Below are positions 8,716 through 19,747 of a stretch of 64,000 nt of DNA, one piece after another; the stretch's first letter is position 1; the number at the start of each line of letters is the position of its first letter. Below the pieces are notes generated by a model. It had not been told where the DNA came from. It saw only the letters and a program-made list of their open reading frames with translations, and ran no database searches. The stretch comes from a virus: positions 32,001-96,000 of the IMG/VR virus record IMGVR_UViG_3300047476_001057; one strand, given 5' to 3'. The position numbers and the translations under genes are program-made.

Positions 8716-9258
8716 ATGGCCAGCAAACATCAGTTAAGTTTAGAGCTGCCTGATACAAACAATATCAAGGTATTACGCATTTTTGACACATCTCTTTACG
8801 GAGAAGGTCTGAATGTAGACTGTGCCACTCTCAGAGTAACTGCTCCTGGTTTTAACATGCCTCGTTCTATAGAGGTACTTCCCCACTTTAATTTAGTACT
8901 TAATGCTTGTAGTCTTGGACTACAAAACACCGGATGTGGAGAGATTTCTCAGATCCTTCCTGACGGTATTTACGTTATAAACTATTCTGTTTCTCCTAAT
9001 AATAGTGTGTATGTAGAATATAACCATTTGCGTATGACCCAAACGGTCAACCGGTGGTATAATTTGTTATGTGAAGTGGAGCTGTCAGGTTGTGAACCTG
9101 ATGCTGATGTAAAAGAACAACTTGAAGAATTAAGACAAATAAAGAGCTTTCTTGATGCAGCTAAAGCCAAGGTGGAATATTGTCATGAAGCTGAGAAAGG
9201 TATGGAGCTTTTTCTGTATGCAAAGAAAAGACTGGATAAACTTACAGCTACCTGTTAA
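8716..9258 (+). CDS. Hypothetical protein, probably structural
   Basis: 180 aa; beta-rich N-half, helical C-half, several Cys. Confidence 0.55.
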   Translation: MASKHQLSLELPDTNNIKVLRIFDTSLYGEGLNVDCATLRVTAPGFNMPRSIEVLPHFNLVLNACSLGLQNTGCGEISQILPDGIYVINYSVSPNNSVYVEYNHLRMTQTVNRWYNLLCEVELSGCEPDADVKEQLEELRQIKSFLDAAKAKVEYCHEAEKGMELFLYAKKRLDKLTATC

Positions 9259-9270
9259 AACCAAACCTAT

Positions 9271-9420
9271 ATGAAAACATGTACAAACTGCGGTGCTCAA
9301 ATCACTTGCGGGTGCCAAGAAAGAACAGCTTCAAACGGAAAACAAGTATGTTCTAATTGCATTACAGCTTATGAGAACAGTCTCCAAACACTAACTAATG
9401 AGAAGCCTCCTAGCCAATAA
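9271..9420 (+). CDS. Small Cys-rich, probably metal-binding protein (49 aa, not in ORF track)
   Basis: MKTCTNCGAQITCGCQERTASNGKQVCSNCITAYENSLQTLTNEKPPSQ*. CxxC, CxC and CxxC motifs; AAACCTATATG context; fills the gap between its neighbours. Confidence 0.7.
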   Translation: MKTCTNCGAQITCGCQERTASNGKQVCSNCITAYENSLQTLTNEKPPSQ

Positions 9421-9994
9421 AGTCAAATATTACAAGTCTTTTGCTGATACTGTCTACGCAGACTATAAAAAGCTGCGTTATGGGATAGCTACGTGTAAAC
9501 CTACCGCTGATATGGACCTGGCTATGGTACGTAAAGACATTGTAGACTGGCAGAGTAATGAAGATGATGGTGCACTTTCTGATGTGCAGATTCAGTACCA
9601 GACATGGCTACCTGTAGAATATGATGATGTATTGTATTCAAGAGGTGGAACTGGGTATATTCAGACAGGTACACCTACTACTCCTGCACCATTTGGTGTA
9701 AGTTATAATTACGGCAACGGTTCTCAAAACATTATAGAAGTTAATGCCGGTGGTTGTATTACCAGGATTAATCTTAATCCTGCTATTACAATCAACCAAA
9801 ATACTGCTTTTGAGTTTACTCAAGCTACACCAGCTACTACATGGGATATTATACACAACATGGGTATTACTCCTAATGTTTTTACAGAAGATACAAGTGG
9901 TAATGACATAGAAGGTGTAATAGAAGTGGTTAACAGCAATAGGATCAAAATATACTTCACTCAGGCCGTAGCTGGTAAAGCTTTCTTATCATAA
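9398..9994 (+). CDS. Putative virion protein with C-terminal TW-x-I-x-HN beta domain
   Basis: C-terminal TTWDIIHNMGITPNV...GKAFLS is paralogous to the C-termini of the next two genes. Confidence 0.55.
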   Translation: MRSLLANKVKYYKSFADTVYADYKKLRYGIATCKPTADMDLAMVRKDIVDWQSNEDDGALSDVQIQYQTWLPVEYDDVLYSRGGTGYIQTGTPTTPAPFGVSYNYGNGSQNIIEVNAGGCITRINLNPAITINQNTAFEFTQATPATTWDIIHNMGITPNVFTEDTSGNDIEGVIEVVNSNRIKIYFTQAVAGKAFLS

Positions 9995-9995
9995 C

Positions 9996-10526
9996 ATGGC
10001 AGTAAAAAAGTATTTACACGACATTGATCTTTCTACTAACCGGTTGTTAAATGCCAGGTTAAGCCCTATTACTTCGGCAGAAAGAACAGCATTAGCATCT
10101 CTTTATAATGCTGATGACAAGGGTGTGTTAGTGTATGATACGGATGAAGAAACTTTTTACGGCTGGACAGGTAATGCCTGGGTTTCTATGGCTGGTATTT
10201 CCACCGTAGAACTTCAGCAATTAGACTTTGCATATAACAACTCGGTTACAAGTGTGGATTTGGTGTCTACTGCTACAGAGATGACTATCACTATTAACCG
10301 TCAGAATGCTCCGTCTATATCCGACTTTAGAAAGTATGCCCACATGCATACCCAGACGTTAGCTTCTGCTACTTGGACTGTAGCTCACAACCTGGGAAAA
10401 AATCCAAGTGTCTCTATTGTAGACAGTGCGGAAGAAGAAGTGATAGGAGAGGTACAACACGTAGATGTAAATAATCTCATCATAAGATTCTCGGCTGCAT
10501 TCAGCGGGAAAGCGTATTTAAACTAA
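9996..10526 (+). CDS. Putative virion/fibre-associated protein
   Basis: N-terminus KKYLHDIDLSTNRLLNARL is paralogous to 10546; C-terminal TWTVAHNLGKNPSV...GKAYLN domain. Confidence 0.6.
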   Translation: MAVKKYLHDIDLSTNRLLNARLSPITSAERTALASLYNADDKGVLVYDTDEETFYGWTGNAWVSMAGISTVELQQLDFAYNNSVTSVDLVSTATEMTITINRQNAPSISDFRKYAHMHTQTLASATWTVAHNLGKNPSVSIVDSAEEEVIGEVQHVDVNNLIIRFSAAFSGKAYLN

Positions 10527-10545
10527 ACTAAGAAAAATCTAAGCC

Positions 10546-11748
10546 ATGGCTAAAAAGTTTTTAACTAATCTAGACCTCACGAAAAACCAGATACTCAACG
10601 TAGCGTTGCATAATCTGGCTTCAGCTCCTGGTACACCGGTTCAAGGTCAGGTGTATTTTAACACTACAGACAAGAAGATTTATTACTATGACAGTACTGC
10701 CTGGATAGACATTTCAGGTGATATTCGTGATGTAATAGGTGGTAGTGGTCTTACTGCTGCTAACGTTGATGGTGCAGTTACTCTTGATGTAAATGTAGAT
10801 AATGCTACCATTGAGATTTCTGCAGATACTCTCCGTGTAAAAGATCTTGGTATCAGCACTGGTAAACTTGCAGATAGTGCTGTAACTACAATCAAGATTA
10901 ATGCTAATGCCGTAACCTTTGCTAAGATTCAGCAGATTGCTGCATTGAGAGTACTTGGTAACATGGGTGGCGGTGTTGCTGATGTAGCAGAAGTTACTGT
11001 TATTACAGACATGGCTAATGCCAGTTCAACTACTCTTGCAACATCTTCTGCTATCAAGACTTATATTGATGGTCAGGTTGGTGAACTAGGTAATCTTGAA
11101 GGTGGATGGGATGCTTCAAGCGGATCATTTCCTGTAGGTTCTACACCAGTTTCAGGTACTAAAAAAGGTGATTACTGGTATGTTACTACTGCTGGTACAA
11201 CCGGTGGTATTGTTTTCAACGTAGGTGATGTTATTATTGCCAATAAAAATGCTGCTTCTACATCATCTGCAGCTGACTGGATTGCTCTTGAAGTAAATCG
11301 TGGTCAGGCTTCCACAACTGTACTTGGCTTGGTAACTCTTGCAACAGATGCAGAAGTACAAACAGGTACTGATTCTAACAAGGCGATAACTCCTTCTTCT
11401 CTTTCTGCACGTACAGCTACTGAAACTCGTACAGGTTTGGCAGAGATAGCTACTCAAGCGGAAGTTGGTGCAGGTACCGATGACACCAGGTTTATTACTC
11501 CTCTCAAATTAGTCACTCACTTACAAGGTTATGTTGGCGGTTATGCTACAAACATTGGTGATGGAAGTGCTACATCTTTTGCTCTTTCTCATGGTCTGAA
11601 CTCTTCAGACGTAGTTATATCTGTTTATGATAATGCTACCAAAGAAGAAGTAATTACAGATGTTGCAATTACATCAGCTTCAGTAGTAACTGTAAGTTTT
11701 GCTGTTGCACCGACTACTAACGCCTATCGTGTAGTTATTAAAAAATAA
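10546..11748 (+). CDS. Putative tail fibre / fibre-like protein
   Basis: 400 aa, A/T/G/S-rich; repeated ATxAEVxxGTD motifs, GQVYFNTTDKKIYYY module, C-terminal FALSHGLNS domain. Confidence 0.65.
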   Translation: MAKKFLTNLDLTKNQILNVALHNLASAPGTPVQGQVYFNTTDKKIYYYDSTAWIDISGDIRDVIGGSGLTAANVDGAVTLDVNVDNATIEISADTLRVKDLGISTGKLADSAVTTIKINANAVTFAKIQQIAALRVLGNMGGGVADVAEVTVITDMANASSTTLATSSAIKTYIDGQVGELGNLEGGWDASSGSFPVGSTPVSGTKKGDYWYVTTAGTTGGIVFNVGDVIIANKNAASTSSAADWIALEVNRGQASTTVLGLVTLATDAEVQTGTDSNKAITPSSLSARTATETRTGLAEIATQAEVGAGTDDTRFITPLKLVTHLQGYVGGYATNIGDGSATSFALSHGLNSSDVVISVYDNATKEEVITDVAITSASVVTVSFAVAPTTNAYRVVIKK

Positions 11749-11757
11749 TAACCCTGG

Positions 11758-12156
11758 ATGAGGTTTTTAACTCAAATACTTGCAAAAGCAGGGATTACAG
11801 TAGATGGTACAGCAACACTAAATAATTTAGCTAATGCTGCAGCAGATACTGATAGATTTCTAGTAAGTGACTCCGGTGTGGTTAAGTACCGCACCGGAGC
11901 TCAACTTATGAGTGATCTTATGGACCGTATGCAGTCCGATTATGATTACAACATAGGAGGAACTAAAAACAGTACAAATAAAACTTTTATATTATCATCA
12001 AATTATATAGCTGGATCAACCAGAGTTTATATGAATGGTATACGTCTTACTCCTGGTGCTGAGTATGATTATGTTGAAGCAGGCACTAACCAAATAACTT
12101 TTACTAATGCACCAGACTCTGGTGATCTTATTGTTGTTGATTATATTAAATCCTAA
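11758..12156 (+). CDS. Putative fibre-associated protein with Ig-like beta domain
   Basis: RVYMNGIRL..DY..ITFTNAPDSGDLIVVDY domain, also present in 12176 and 14046. Confidence 0.55.
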   Translation: MRFLTQILAKAGITVDGTATLNNLANAAADTDRFLVSDSGVVKYRTGAQLMSDLMDRMQSDYDYNIGGTKNSTNKTFILSSNYIAGSTRVYMNGIRLTPGAEYDYVEAGTNQITFTNAPDSGDLIVVDYIKS

Positions 12157-12175
12157 CCCATAAAACTATTTAAAA

Positions 12176-14032
12176 ATGCCAGTTACACAAGTAAGAAGTA
12201 AACAGCAGTTCCTCGTCACGGACAACGTGTCATTTCAGGATCTGTATCGTCTCACGAACCTCGTTAACCCTACTAACGCTCAAGATGCAGCAACCAAAGC
12301 GTATGTAGACTCTGTTAAGCAAGCATTGGATATTAAGGACTCTGTAAGAGTTGCTACTACTGGTGCTGAATCTTACACTATTGCTACAGGTGCTGTTACA
12401 CAGATTACAGGTACTACTATTGATGGTGTTACTATTGCACTGAATGACCGTATTTTGATCAAGAATGCTCCAGCTGCTACTGGAGCTGGTGCAGGTGCAG
12501 GATCAGCTAACACTTCAAACCCTGCCAACGGTATTTACGTTGTTACGACTGCAAGTCCTAACATTATTGTACAACGTGCTACAGATGCTGATGTTAGTAC
12601 AGAAGTAACTGCAGGATTGTTTGTGTTTGTTACTGAAGGTACTGCAAGTGCAGATAACGGTTATGTATTAACTACAAATGATGCTATCATCTTAAATACA
12701 ACTGGTCTTACTTTCACTCAGTTTTCTGGTGCAGGTCAAATTACAGCAGGTGCTGGTTTGACAAAGACTGGTAATACTATTGATGTAGTAGGTACTGCAG
12801 GTAGAATTATAGCAAATGCAGATTCTATTGATCTTGCTACAGTTGGTACAGCAGGTACTTACACTAAAGTTACCACTGACGCTTATGGTCGTGTGAGTAG
12901 TGCTACTCAGGCTACAACTTCAGATATTGCTGAAGGTACTAACCTGTATTTTACAAATGCTCGTGCTCAAGCTGCAATTACTGGTGGTGCTTCTTCTATT
13001 GTTACAGCTAACTTAACTGCAAGCCGTGCTTTAGTTTCTGATACAAACGGTAAGGTTGCTGTTTCAACTGTTACTGACACAGAACTTGGATTTGTTGGTG
13101 GTGTTACTTCTTCTATCCAAACTCAGTTAAATAACAAGCAACCGCTTGATGCTGACTTGACAGCTATTGCTGGACTTGCAGGTACAACTGGTTTACTTCG
13201 TAAAAATGCTGCAGACAGCTGGTCTTTAGATACTAATACGTATTTGACTGCTGCCAGTGGTGTAACTACATTCTCTGGTGGTAGTACAGGTCTTACACCA
13301 GCTTCTGCTACAAGTGGTGCTATCACTCTTGCTGGTACTTTAGCTCTTGCTAATGGTGGTACCGGTGCAACTACTGCTGCAGCTGCTAGGACAAACCTCG
13401 GTGCAACAACAGTAGGTGCTAACTTATTTACACTTACAAACCCTTCAGCAATTACGTTTTTAAGAGTAAATGCTGATAACACTGTATCTACTCTTAACGC
13501 TGCTGATTTTCGTACTGCAATTGGTGCAGGTACTGGTAACGGTACTGTAACCTCTGTAGCAGTATCTGGTGGTACAACTGGTTTGACTACTTCTGGTGGC
13601 CCGATCACGGGTGCAGGTACAATTACCCTTGCCGGTACTTTGGTTGTAGGAAATGGTGGTACTGGTCTTGCTACTACACCTGGTAACGGTCAGTTGTTGA
13701 TCGGTAACGGTAGTGGATATGCTTTAGCTAATATTACTGCAGGTGCTGGTATTACAGTGACTAACGGTGCAGGTACTATATCAATTGCAACAACCGCATT
13801 AGCAGCTACAAACTTTGTAACTCGTGAGGTACCTACAGGAGCTGTAAATGGAACTAACCCAACATTTACGCTTGCTAATACACCAACTCTTGGAACTGAA
13901 GAAATTTATGTAAACGGTATTCTTCAGAATGGTGGTAGTAATGACTATGCTATTTCTGGTGCAACTATTACATTCCAAACAGGAGCTATTCCTCAGAACG
14001 GTGATGTTGTTCTTGTTACTTATAGAAAATAA
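12176..14032 (+). CDS. Tail fibre protein
   Basis: 618 aa, G/T/A-rich; QDAATKAYVD motif, IKDSVRVATT domain, YTKVTTDAYGRV and LALANGGTGATTAAAARTNLG fibre repeats. Confidence 0.75.
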   Translation: MPVTQVRSKQQFLVTDNVSFQDLYRLTNLVNPTNAQDAATKAYVDSVKQALDIKDSVRVATTGAESYTIATGAVTQITGTTIDGVTIALNDRILIKNAPAATGAGAGAGSANTSNPANGIYVVTTASPNIIVQRATDADVSTEVTAGLFVFVTEGTASADNGYVLTTNDAIILNTTGLTFTQFSGAGQITAGAGLTKTGNTIDVVGTAGRIIANADSIDLATVGTAGTYTKVTTDAYGRVSSATQATTSDIAEGTNLYFTNARAQAAITGGASSIVTANLTASRALVSDTNGKVAVSTVTDTELGFVGGVTSSIQTQLNNKQPLDADLTAIAGLAGTTGLLRKNAADSWSLDTNTYLTAASGVTTFSGGSTGLTPASATSGAITLAGTLALANGGTGATTAAAARTNLGATTVGANLFTLTNPSAITFLRVNADNTVSTLNAADFRTAIGAGTGNGTVTSVAVSGGTTGLTTSGGPITGAGTITLAGTLVVGNGGTGLATTPGNGQLLIGNGSGYALANITAGAGITVTNGAGTISIATTALAATNFVTREVPTGAVNGTNPTFTLANTPTLGTEEIYVNGILQNGGSNDYAISGATITFQTGAIPQNGDVVLVTYRK

Positions 14033-14045
14033 TTTGTAATTACTC

Positions 14046-17000
14046 ATGGCAGTAACTAACGTAAGAGGTCGACAGTTAAAAGATGATGACGTATTAAGGC
14101 AAGACCTGAACACTACGGTGTCCGGGTCTGCCGTAATACGCAGAGTTTTTGCTGGTGTTAATGCAGGAATAAGTTTAGCATCAACAGGTGTAGATAGTGG
14201 TACTGGTGATGTGACTATTTCTTTATCTACTTCTGGTGTTAACGCAGGAACATATGGTAGTTCAACTATTGTTCCTATTATTACAGTTGATACTTTTGGT
14301 AGAATTACAAGTATAGGTACTGCAGCAGTTAGTGGTGGAGGTGGAACTGGAGGAAGCTCCGTTCGTTGTGAGCAAAGTTTAACTGCAACAGCTGGTCAAA
14401 CTGTTTTTAGTGGATTAACTTGTACTCTTACTTCTGGTTATTTTGATGTATTTATTAATGGTGTAAAAGTAAACTCATCTAGTTTTACAAATACTACAAG
14501 CAGTATTACATTTGTTGATGGTCTTGCTGCTGGTGATATTGTTGATATAGTTAACTACGGTATATTTTCTACATCTGTAACTACTGCTAATGGTTTTACA
14601 GGTACGGTTGCTAATGCAACAACAACTCCAGAAATTACACTATCTACTTCTGTTGCCGGTATATTAAAAGGTTCTGGAGGAGCTTTAGTGGCAGCAGTTG
14701 CAGGTACAGATTATGCTGCAGCTGTTCACACTCATGTTATTAGTCAAGTGACAGATGCTGCAAGGTGGTGGAATAACTTTGGTGACAATCATGCTACCAG
14801 AACGCAGTTTGATCCAACTACTGCATCTTATGGTTTTGGTTGGAGATTTGTACAAGGTAATACTAACGGACCTGGTACAGGTGGAAGTCAGTTCTATTCT
14901 TTATATGTAGGTCTTGGTAATGACTATCCTGCTACTGGAGCTGGCTCATACGGTATGTATCTTGCCATAGATAGAAACGTAGCTGTTCCTTATTTGTCAA
15001 TTAGGTATAATGAAGCTAACGTACTTTCTAGCTGGAGAAAAATTGCTGCAGGAAGAGCAGACTTTTGGTCAACTGCCCGCACGTTTACAATTGGCAACAC
15101 TGGTAAATCTGTAGATGGTAGCAGTAACGTTTCCTGGACACTTGCAGAAATAGGAGCCCAGGCTGCTTTAGGTTTTACACCTGAAAACAGTGCTAACAAA
15201 GGAGCTGTAAACGGTTATGCTTCTTTGGATGCTGCTGGTAAAGTTCCATCTACTCAGCTTCCTTCTTATGTAGATGACGTATTAGAATTTGCTAACCTAG
15301 CAGGGTTTCCTGCAACAGGTGAGACCGGAAAGATTTATGTTGCAATTGATACTAATAAAAGCTATCGTTGGACTGGTTCTGTTTATGTAGAAATACAAGC
15401 TTCTCCAGGAACTACTGATTCTATAGTAGAGGGTTCTACTAATTTATACTTTACAAACAGCAGAGCAAGAGCTGCTATTAGCATGACTAATAGTGGCACA
15501 TTTGGAGGAGCTACCTACAACAGTGCTACAGGTGTTATTAATGTACCAAACTATACAATTGCTGGATTGGGTGGTCAGCCCTTAGCTACTAATCTAACTT
15601 CTTTAGCAGGATTAACTTTTGCATCTACATCTTTTGTAAAGATGACTGCAGCTGGTACGTTTGCTTTAGACACTAACACATATGCCCTAACAAACCAGAC
15701 TATGTTTATTGGTACCACTTCGGTTACCATAAACAGAGCTTCTGCTGCTTTATCTCTGACAGGTGTTTCTATAGATGGAAACGCAGGTACAGTTACAAAC
15801 GGTTTATATACAACCGGTGATCAGACAATCACTGGTCAGAAGACATTCCCAAGTGCTATTGCAAATCGTCCTATAGTTCCTGGTGGTATTATAGCACTTG
15901 CAACAGGAGATGCAGACGCTGATATCTGGGGTATATCTGAACAATACTATCCTTCTAACCCTACTACGGCTGATGCATGGGGCATGAGATGGAACGCTCT
16001 TAATAATGAAATACAGTTTGTAGGTGGTGGTACTAACAGAGTTATTGTTGATCTTGATCAAGGTGATCTTACTGCTGCTTCATTTATACGCTCAGGTGGA
16101 ACAGCTTCTCAGTTTCTCAAAGCTAATGGAACTGTAGATTCTAATACTTACTTAACAGGTAATCAATCTATCACTTTAAGTGGAGATGCTACAGGATCTG
16201 GTACCACATCAATAGCGGTTACGTTAGCCAATTCTGGAGTTACTGCCGGTACGTATAATAATGTTACGGTTAACGCTAAGGGTCTGGTTACCGCTGGATC
16301 AAACGTATCTTATCTAACTTCTTATACAGACACACTTTCTTCTGTTACAGGTAGAGGTAACACTACTGCCACTCGTATTGGTGTTGCCACCGGAGCTGCG
16401 TTAGACTTTGTAGCTGCTGGAAATACAGGTACTTGGATTGGCGGCATTACAGACTCTACAACAGGTTGGACTATAAGTACAAATGGTATAGGTTTTAAAT
16501 CTGATAACACTACTTATGCTGCTATTGCCATAGCATCAGCTAATGGTCTTTTATACTTTGCAAGAACAGCACAAGCTGCCGGAACCATGAACTCATGGTT
16601 GGAGGTTAATAATGCTGGTGTGGCAAACTTCAAACTTGCCAGACCTCAGCACAACGGTAACAACCTTGCACTATTTAGTGAGATACCTACTAACCTAAAC
16701 CAGCTTACCAATGGTCCTGGTTACACTAGTAACACTGGTACAGTAACTTCTGTAGCTATGACTGTACCAACGGGTTTAACTGTTTCTGGTACACCAATTA
16801 CTACATCTGGTACATTTGCCCTTACTTTTACTGCAGGTTATTCTATTCCAACAACTACATCTCAGACTAACTGGGATACAGCATATACACACAGTCAGGC
16901 TACCACTGGTTCTGTACATGGTAGCACAACAGTAGGTGGCAACCTCTTAAGGTTGGCTAATCCATCAGCAGTAACATTCTTACGTATAAATGCGGATAAT

Positions 17001-17939
17001 ACCGTATCAACCCTGGATGCTGCTACATTCCGTACAGCAATTGGAGCAGGTACAAGCAGTACAACAGGTACAGTTACGTCTGTATCTGGTACAGGTACTG
17101 TGTCAGGATTAACATTATCTGGTACAGTGACCTCTTCTGGTTCCTTAACCTTGGGTGGTACACTTGCCGTTACTGCTTCTAACTTTAGTTCTCAGACAGC
17201 TAACACATTCCTTGCTGCACCAAACGGATCTGCTGGTGTTCCAACATTCAGAACTATAGTAGCTGCTGATATTCCAACACTCAATCAGAACACGACTGGT
17301 TCCGCTGGTAGTGTTGCTAACTCATTTATTGTACGTGCTGATTCAGGTACTATAGAAGGTACCGACATTTATACGTTCAATGGTTCTGCTGGTAAGAACC
17401 TGAATATTGTAGCGGGTACTAACGTAACTATTACCAAAGTTGCAGGTCAATGGACTATTGCAGCAACTGGTGGTGGTGCTGGTGTAACTGATGGAGACAA
17501 AGGAGATATCACTGTAAGTGCATCCGGTGCTACCTGGACTATTGATAACGGTGTAGTGACTGTTGCTAAACTTTCTGCAACCGGTACACCAAGCTCTACT
17601 ACGTTCCTTCGTGGTGACGGTACCTGGGCTACGCCGGCGTCCGGTGGCGGAGGTGGTTACACTGTTACTGCTCATCTTACTTCAAACTATACAGAAACTG
17701 CTACATCTGGAACTAAGATTATAAAGTGTGACACTACAAGTGCTGCGTTTACAGTTACACTTCCGACTGCTGTGGGTAACCAAGCAACACTTATTGTTAA
17801 GAAGTTAGCTGGTACTAATATTCTTACGGTAGACGCTGCAGGTTCTGAAACTATAGATGGTGGTTTGACTGCAGATTTGTATGAAACACAAGAATCTATC
17901 ACTTTAATATCTGATAACGCAAACTGGTTAATTATATAA
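14046..17939 (+). CDS. Long modular tail fibre protein
   Basis: 1297 aa; [10 protein letters not shown] and [10 protein letters not shown] repeats, [27 protein letters not shown] module, knob-like insert; modules shared with 12176. Confidence 0.75.
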   Translation: MAVTNVRGRQLKDDDVLRQDLNTTVSGSAVIRRVFAGVNAGISLASTGVDSGTGDVTISLSTSGVNAGTYGSSTIVPIITVDTFGRITSIGTAAVSGGGGTGGSSVRCEQSLTATAGQTVFSGLTCTLTSGYFDVFINGVKVNSSSFTNTTSSITFVDGLAAGDIVDIVNYGIFSTSVTTANGFTGTVANATTTPEITLSTSVAGILKGSGGALVAAVAGTDYAAAVHTHVISQVTDAARWWNNFGDNHATRTQFDPTTASYGFGWRFVQGNTNGPGTGGSQFYSLYVGLGNDYPATGAGSYGMYLAIDRNVAVPYLSIRYNEANVLSSWRKIAAGRADFWSTARTFTIGNTGKSVDGSSNVSWTLAEIGAQAALGFTPENSANKGAVNGYASLDAAGKVPSTQLPSYVDDVLEFANLAGFPATGETGKIYVAIDTNKSYRWTGSVYVEIQASPGTTDSIVEGSTNLYFTNSRARAAISMTNSGTFGGATYNSATGVINVPNYTIAGLGGQPLATNLTSLAGLTFASTSFVKMTAAGTFALDTNTYALTNQTMFIGTTSVTINRASAALSLTGVSIDGNAGTVTNGLYTTGDQTITGQKTFPSAIANRPIVPGGIIALATGDADADIWGISEQYYPSNPTTADAWGMRWNALNNEIQFVGGGTNRVIVDLDQGDLTAASFIRSGGTASQFLKANGTVDSNTYLTGNQSITLSGDATGSGTTSIAVTLANSGVTAGTYNNVTVNAKGLVTAGSNVSYLTSYTDTLSSVTGRGNTTATRIGVATGAALDFVAAGNTGTWIGGITDSTTGWTISTNGIGFKSDNTTYAAIAIASANGLLYFARTAQAAGTMNSWLEVNNAGVANFKLARPQHNGNNLALFSEIPTNLNQLTNGPGYTSNTGTVTSVAMTVPTGLTVSGTPITTSGTFALTFTAGYSIPTTTSQTNWDTAYTHSQATTGSVHGSTTVGGNLLRLANPSAVTFLRINADNTVSTLDAATFRTAIGAGTSSTTGTVTSVSGTGTVSGLTLSGTVTSSGSLTLGGTLAVTASNFSSQTANTFLAAPNGSAGVPTFRTIVAADIPTLNQNTTGSAGSVANSFIVRADSGTIEGTDIYTFNGSAGKNLNIVAGTNVTITKVAGQWTIAATGGGAGVTDGDKGDITVSASGATWTIDNGVVTVAKLSATGTPSSTTFLRGDGTWATPASGGGGGYTVTAHLTSNYTETATSGTKIIKCDTTSAAFTVTLPTAVGNQATLIVKKLAGTNILTVDAAGSETIDGGLTADLYETQESITLISDNANWLII

Positions 17940-17942
17940 TTT

Positions 17943-18770
17943 ATGGCATATAATCCTAACATAAATGTTGGACCTCTTGATGGTACAGCAGCCAACAACA
18001 CTCTTGCTGAAGCAGTAACAGCCGTAGCTACAGGACCTGGTTATTCTCTAAGATATAATCCTGCAGACTTAGGTACAGCTACCAACTCAACATCTGTTGT
18101 TAACGTTGATGGTGCTAACTCAGTTACTGTTGCAATAAATACAAACACAACAGGAACTTTTATAATTGAAGGTACAGCAGATAATACTAACTGGCTGGTA
18201 CTTGAAGTTTTTGATAGTGCACTAGATATTTGGGTAAGTGGTATTAGTCATACACCAACAGCAGGTAAAGTGTATCAGGTTATTACACAGGGTTATCGTC
18301 AACTTCGATTGAGAACTGTGACGACACTAGGTGCAGGAATGAACCATTTTTTTACACTTACTAACTCTCAGTCTTTTATTGGTGGTATTGATACTGGTGC
18401 AGCTCCGCACAACTTTGGTTATGCTATTCTTTCAAGATCAGGTGAATACACTACTGCTCAGACTGGTGTGGCATTATGGACACCAGGAACAGGAAAAAAG
18501 TTTGTGGTTACTGACCTGACTATTTCTACTGGCGGTACCACTGCAGGTATTGTGACTGTATGGCAAGGAGCTTCAGCTGACACTGCTTATACGGCTGGTA
18601 CAGATCCTGTGTTGTTTAGAGGTGAGTTTGCTCCTTCTGCTACAGTTAGACCAGGTATGGTAAAAAGTTTAAAGAGTCCTTTTTGTTCTACAACCAATGA
18701 TCATATATTGCGTGTAACTACATCAGCAGCTATGACAGTATATATTCAAGTACAAGGATATGAAATCTAA
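17943..18770 (+). CDS. Putative virion/fibre-associated beta-rich protein
   Basis: 275 aa, T/G-rich, tightly packed in the fibre operon. Confidence 0.5.
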   Translation: MAYNPNINVGPLDGTAANNTLAEAVTAVATGPGYSLRYNPADLGTATNSTSVVNVDGANSVTVAINTNTTGTFIIEGTADNTNWLVLEVFDSALDIWVSGISHTPTAGKVYQVITQGYRQLRLRTVTTLGAGMNHFFTLTNSQSFIGGIDTGAAPHNFGYAILSRSGEYTTAQTGVALWTPGTGKKFVVTDLTISTGGTTAGIVTVWQGASADTAYTAGTDPVLFRGEFAPSATVRPGMVKSLKSPFCSTTNDHILRVTTSAAMTVYIQVQGYEI

Positions 18771-18773
18771 TCT

Positions 18774-18971
18774 ATGGAAAAGATAATAGAACTATTTAAT
18801 AAGACAGCAGACGGTAATGGTAACGTCAACTTGATTGCAGAATGCAACGGGTATGTAGATGGTGTATTGAAGATGCAGTTTTCACGTAGTCCGTTTACTT
18901 ATCCGGATACCATGACTGATCAGCAAATTATTGATGACTTAAGATATGGTGTTTACGCAATCTACTTTTAA
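18774..18971 (+). CDS. Small hypothetical protein
   Basis: 65 aa; fills the gap exactly; TAATCTATG context. Confidence 0.6.
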   Translation: MEKIIELFNKTADGNGNVNLIAECNGYVDGVLKMQFSRSPFTYPDTMTDQQIIDDLRYGVYAIYF

Positions 18972-18973
18972 GT

Positions 18974-19726
18974 ATGGCAATTAGTATACGTGCAACAGGA
19001 ACATATGTAAGTACTGGAAACAACAATACGCTTACACCAGCTATACCTGCAGGTACAACTGCAGGAGATATGATGCTTTGTTTTGTAGCAGGTAAAGAAT
19101 ATAACTCTGTGCAAACTATGAACCAAAACTGGGTTACTTTAGGTTTTGCAACAGATGGTACTGTAGCATCAGATACAGACCTGGGTTCTATAAGGGTGAC
19201 AGCTTTTTACAAAATACACACAGGAGCAGAAACCAACCCTACTGTTACAGGTACCGCTAACGAAGCGGTAGGTGCTGTAATAATAGTTTTTCAAAAAGCA
19301 GCTGGTGTATTTTGGGGTGTTCCTGTTGGAGCAGGTGGTGGTGATAATACAGCCGGTACTGGTTTTAGTGTAACGGCATCTAGCAACTTTGGCATCACTA
19401 CTAATGATATGGTAGTAGGTTATGCAGGTATACGTTCAGATGCAGGTACACAGTCTGCTATATCTATCACAGCAACTGGTGTCACTATGGGTACATTTAC
19501 TGAGTCACCTACAAATGATTTGGTTAATACAAACCGTGACCAGATGGCAATGAGTGGTGGTTACAGACTTGCAACTGCAGGTACATCAACAGCAGCTCCT
19601 GTCTATGCGTCAACATTAGCAGCATCTCATACTGGATCTGCTTTTATGGTTAGACTTAGAGAGGTTAACTCTGATCCATGGGGAAACAATAATCCTTTTG
19701 GAACTATGGGATTTTTTGGAACATAA
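18974..19726 (+). CDS. Putative virion surface protein (beta-sandwich)
   Basis: 250 aa; PAGTTAGDMMLCFVA-type N-terminus seen in phage surface proteins; T/A/G-rich. Confidence 0.5.
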   Translation: MAISIRATGTYVSTGNNNTLTPAIPAGTTAGDMMLCFVAGKEYNSVQTMNQNWVTLGFATDGTVASDTDLGSIRVTAFYKIHTGAETNPTVTGTANEAVGAVIIVFQKAAGVFWGVPVGAGGGDNTAGTGFSVTASSNFGITTNDMVVGYAGIRSDAGTQSAISITATGVTMGTFTESPTNDLVNTNRDQMAMSGGYRLATAGTSTAAPVYASTLAASHTGSAFMVRLREVNSDPWGNNNPFGTMGFFGT

Positions 19727-19747
19727 AAACAATAAAGAGCTACAGAT

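Noticed and set aside
13123-13608. 161-aa minus-strand ORF, and the many other short minus-strand or off-frame ORFs in the track
   Set aside because: Shadows of long + strand genes; none has a credible start context or motif. The window is a single-strand operon array.
13400-17054. Possible diversity-generating retroelement template/variable repeat pair in fibre genes
   Set aside because: Differences between copies are mostly synonymous and involve all bases, not only adenines; no reverse transcriptase in the window.
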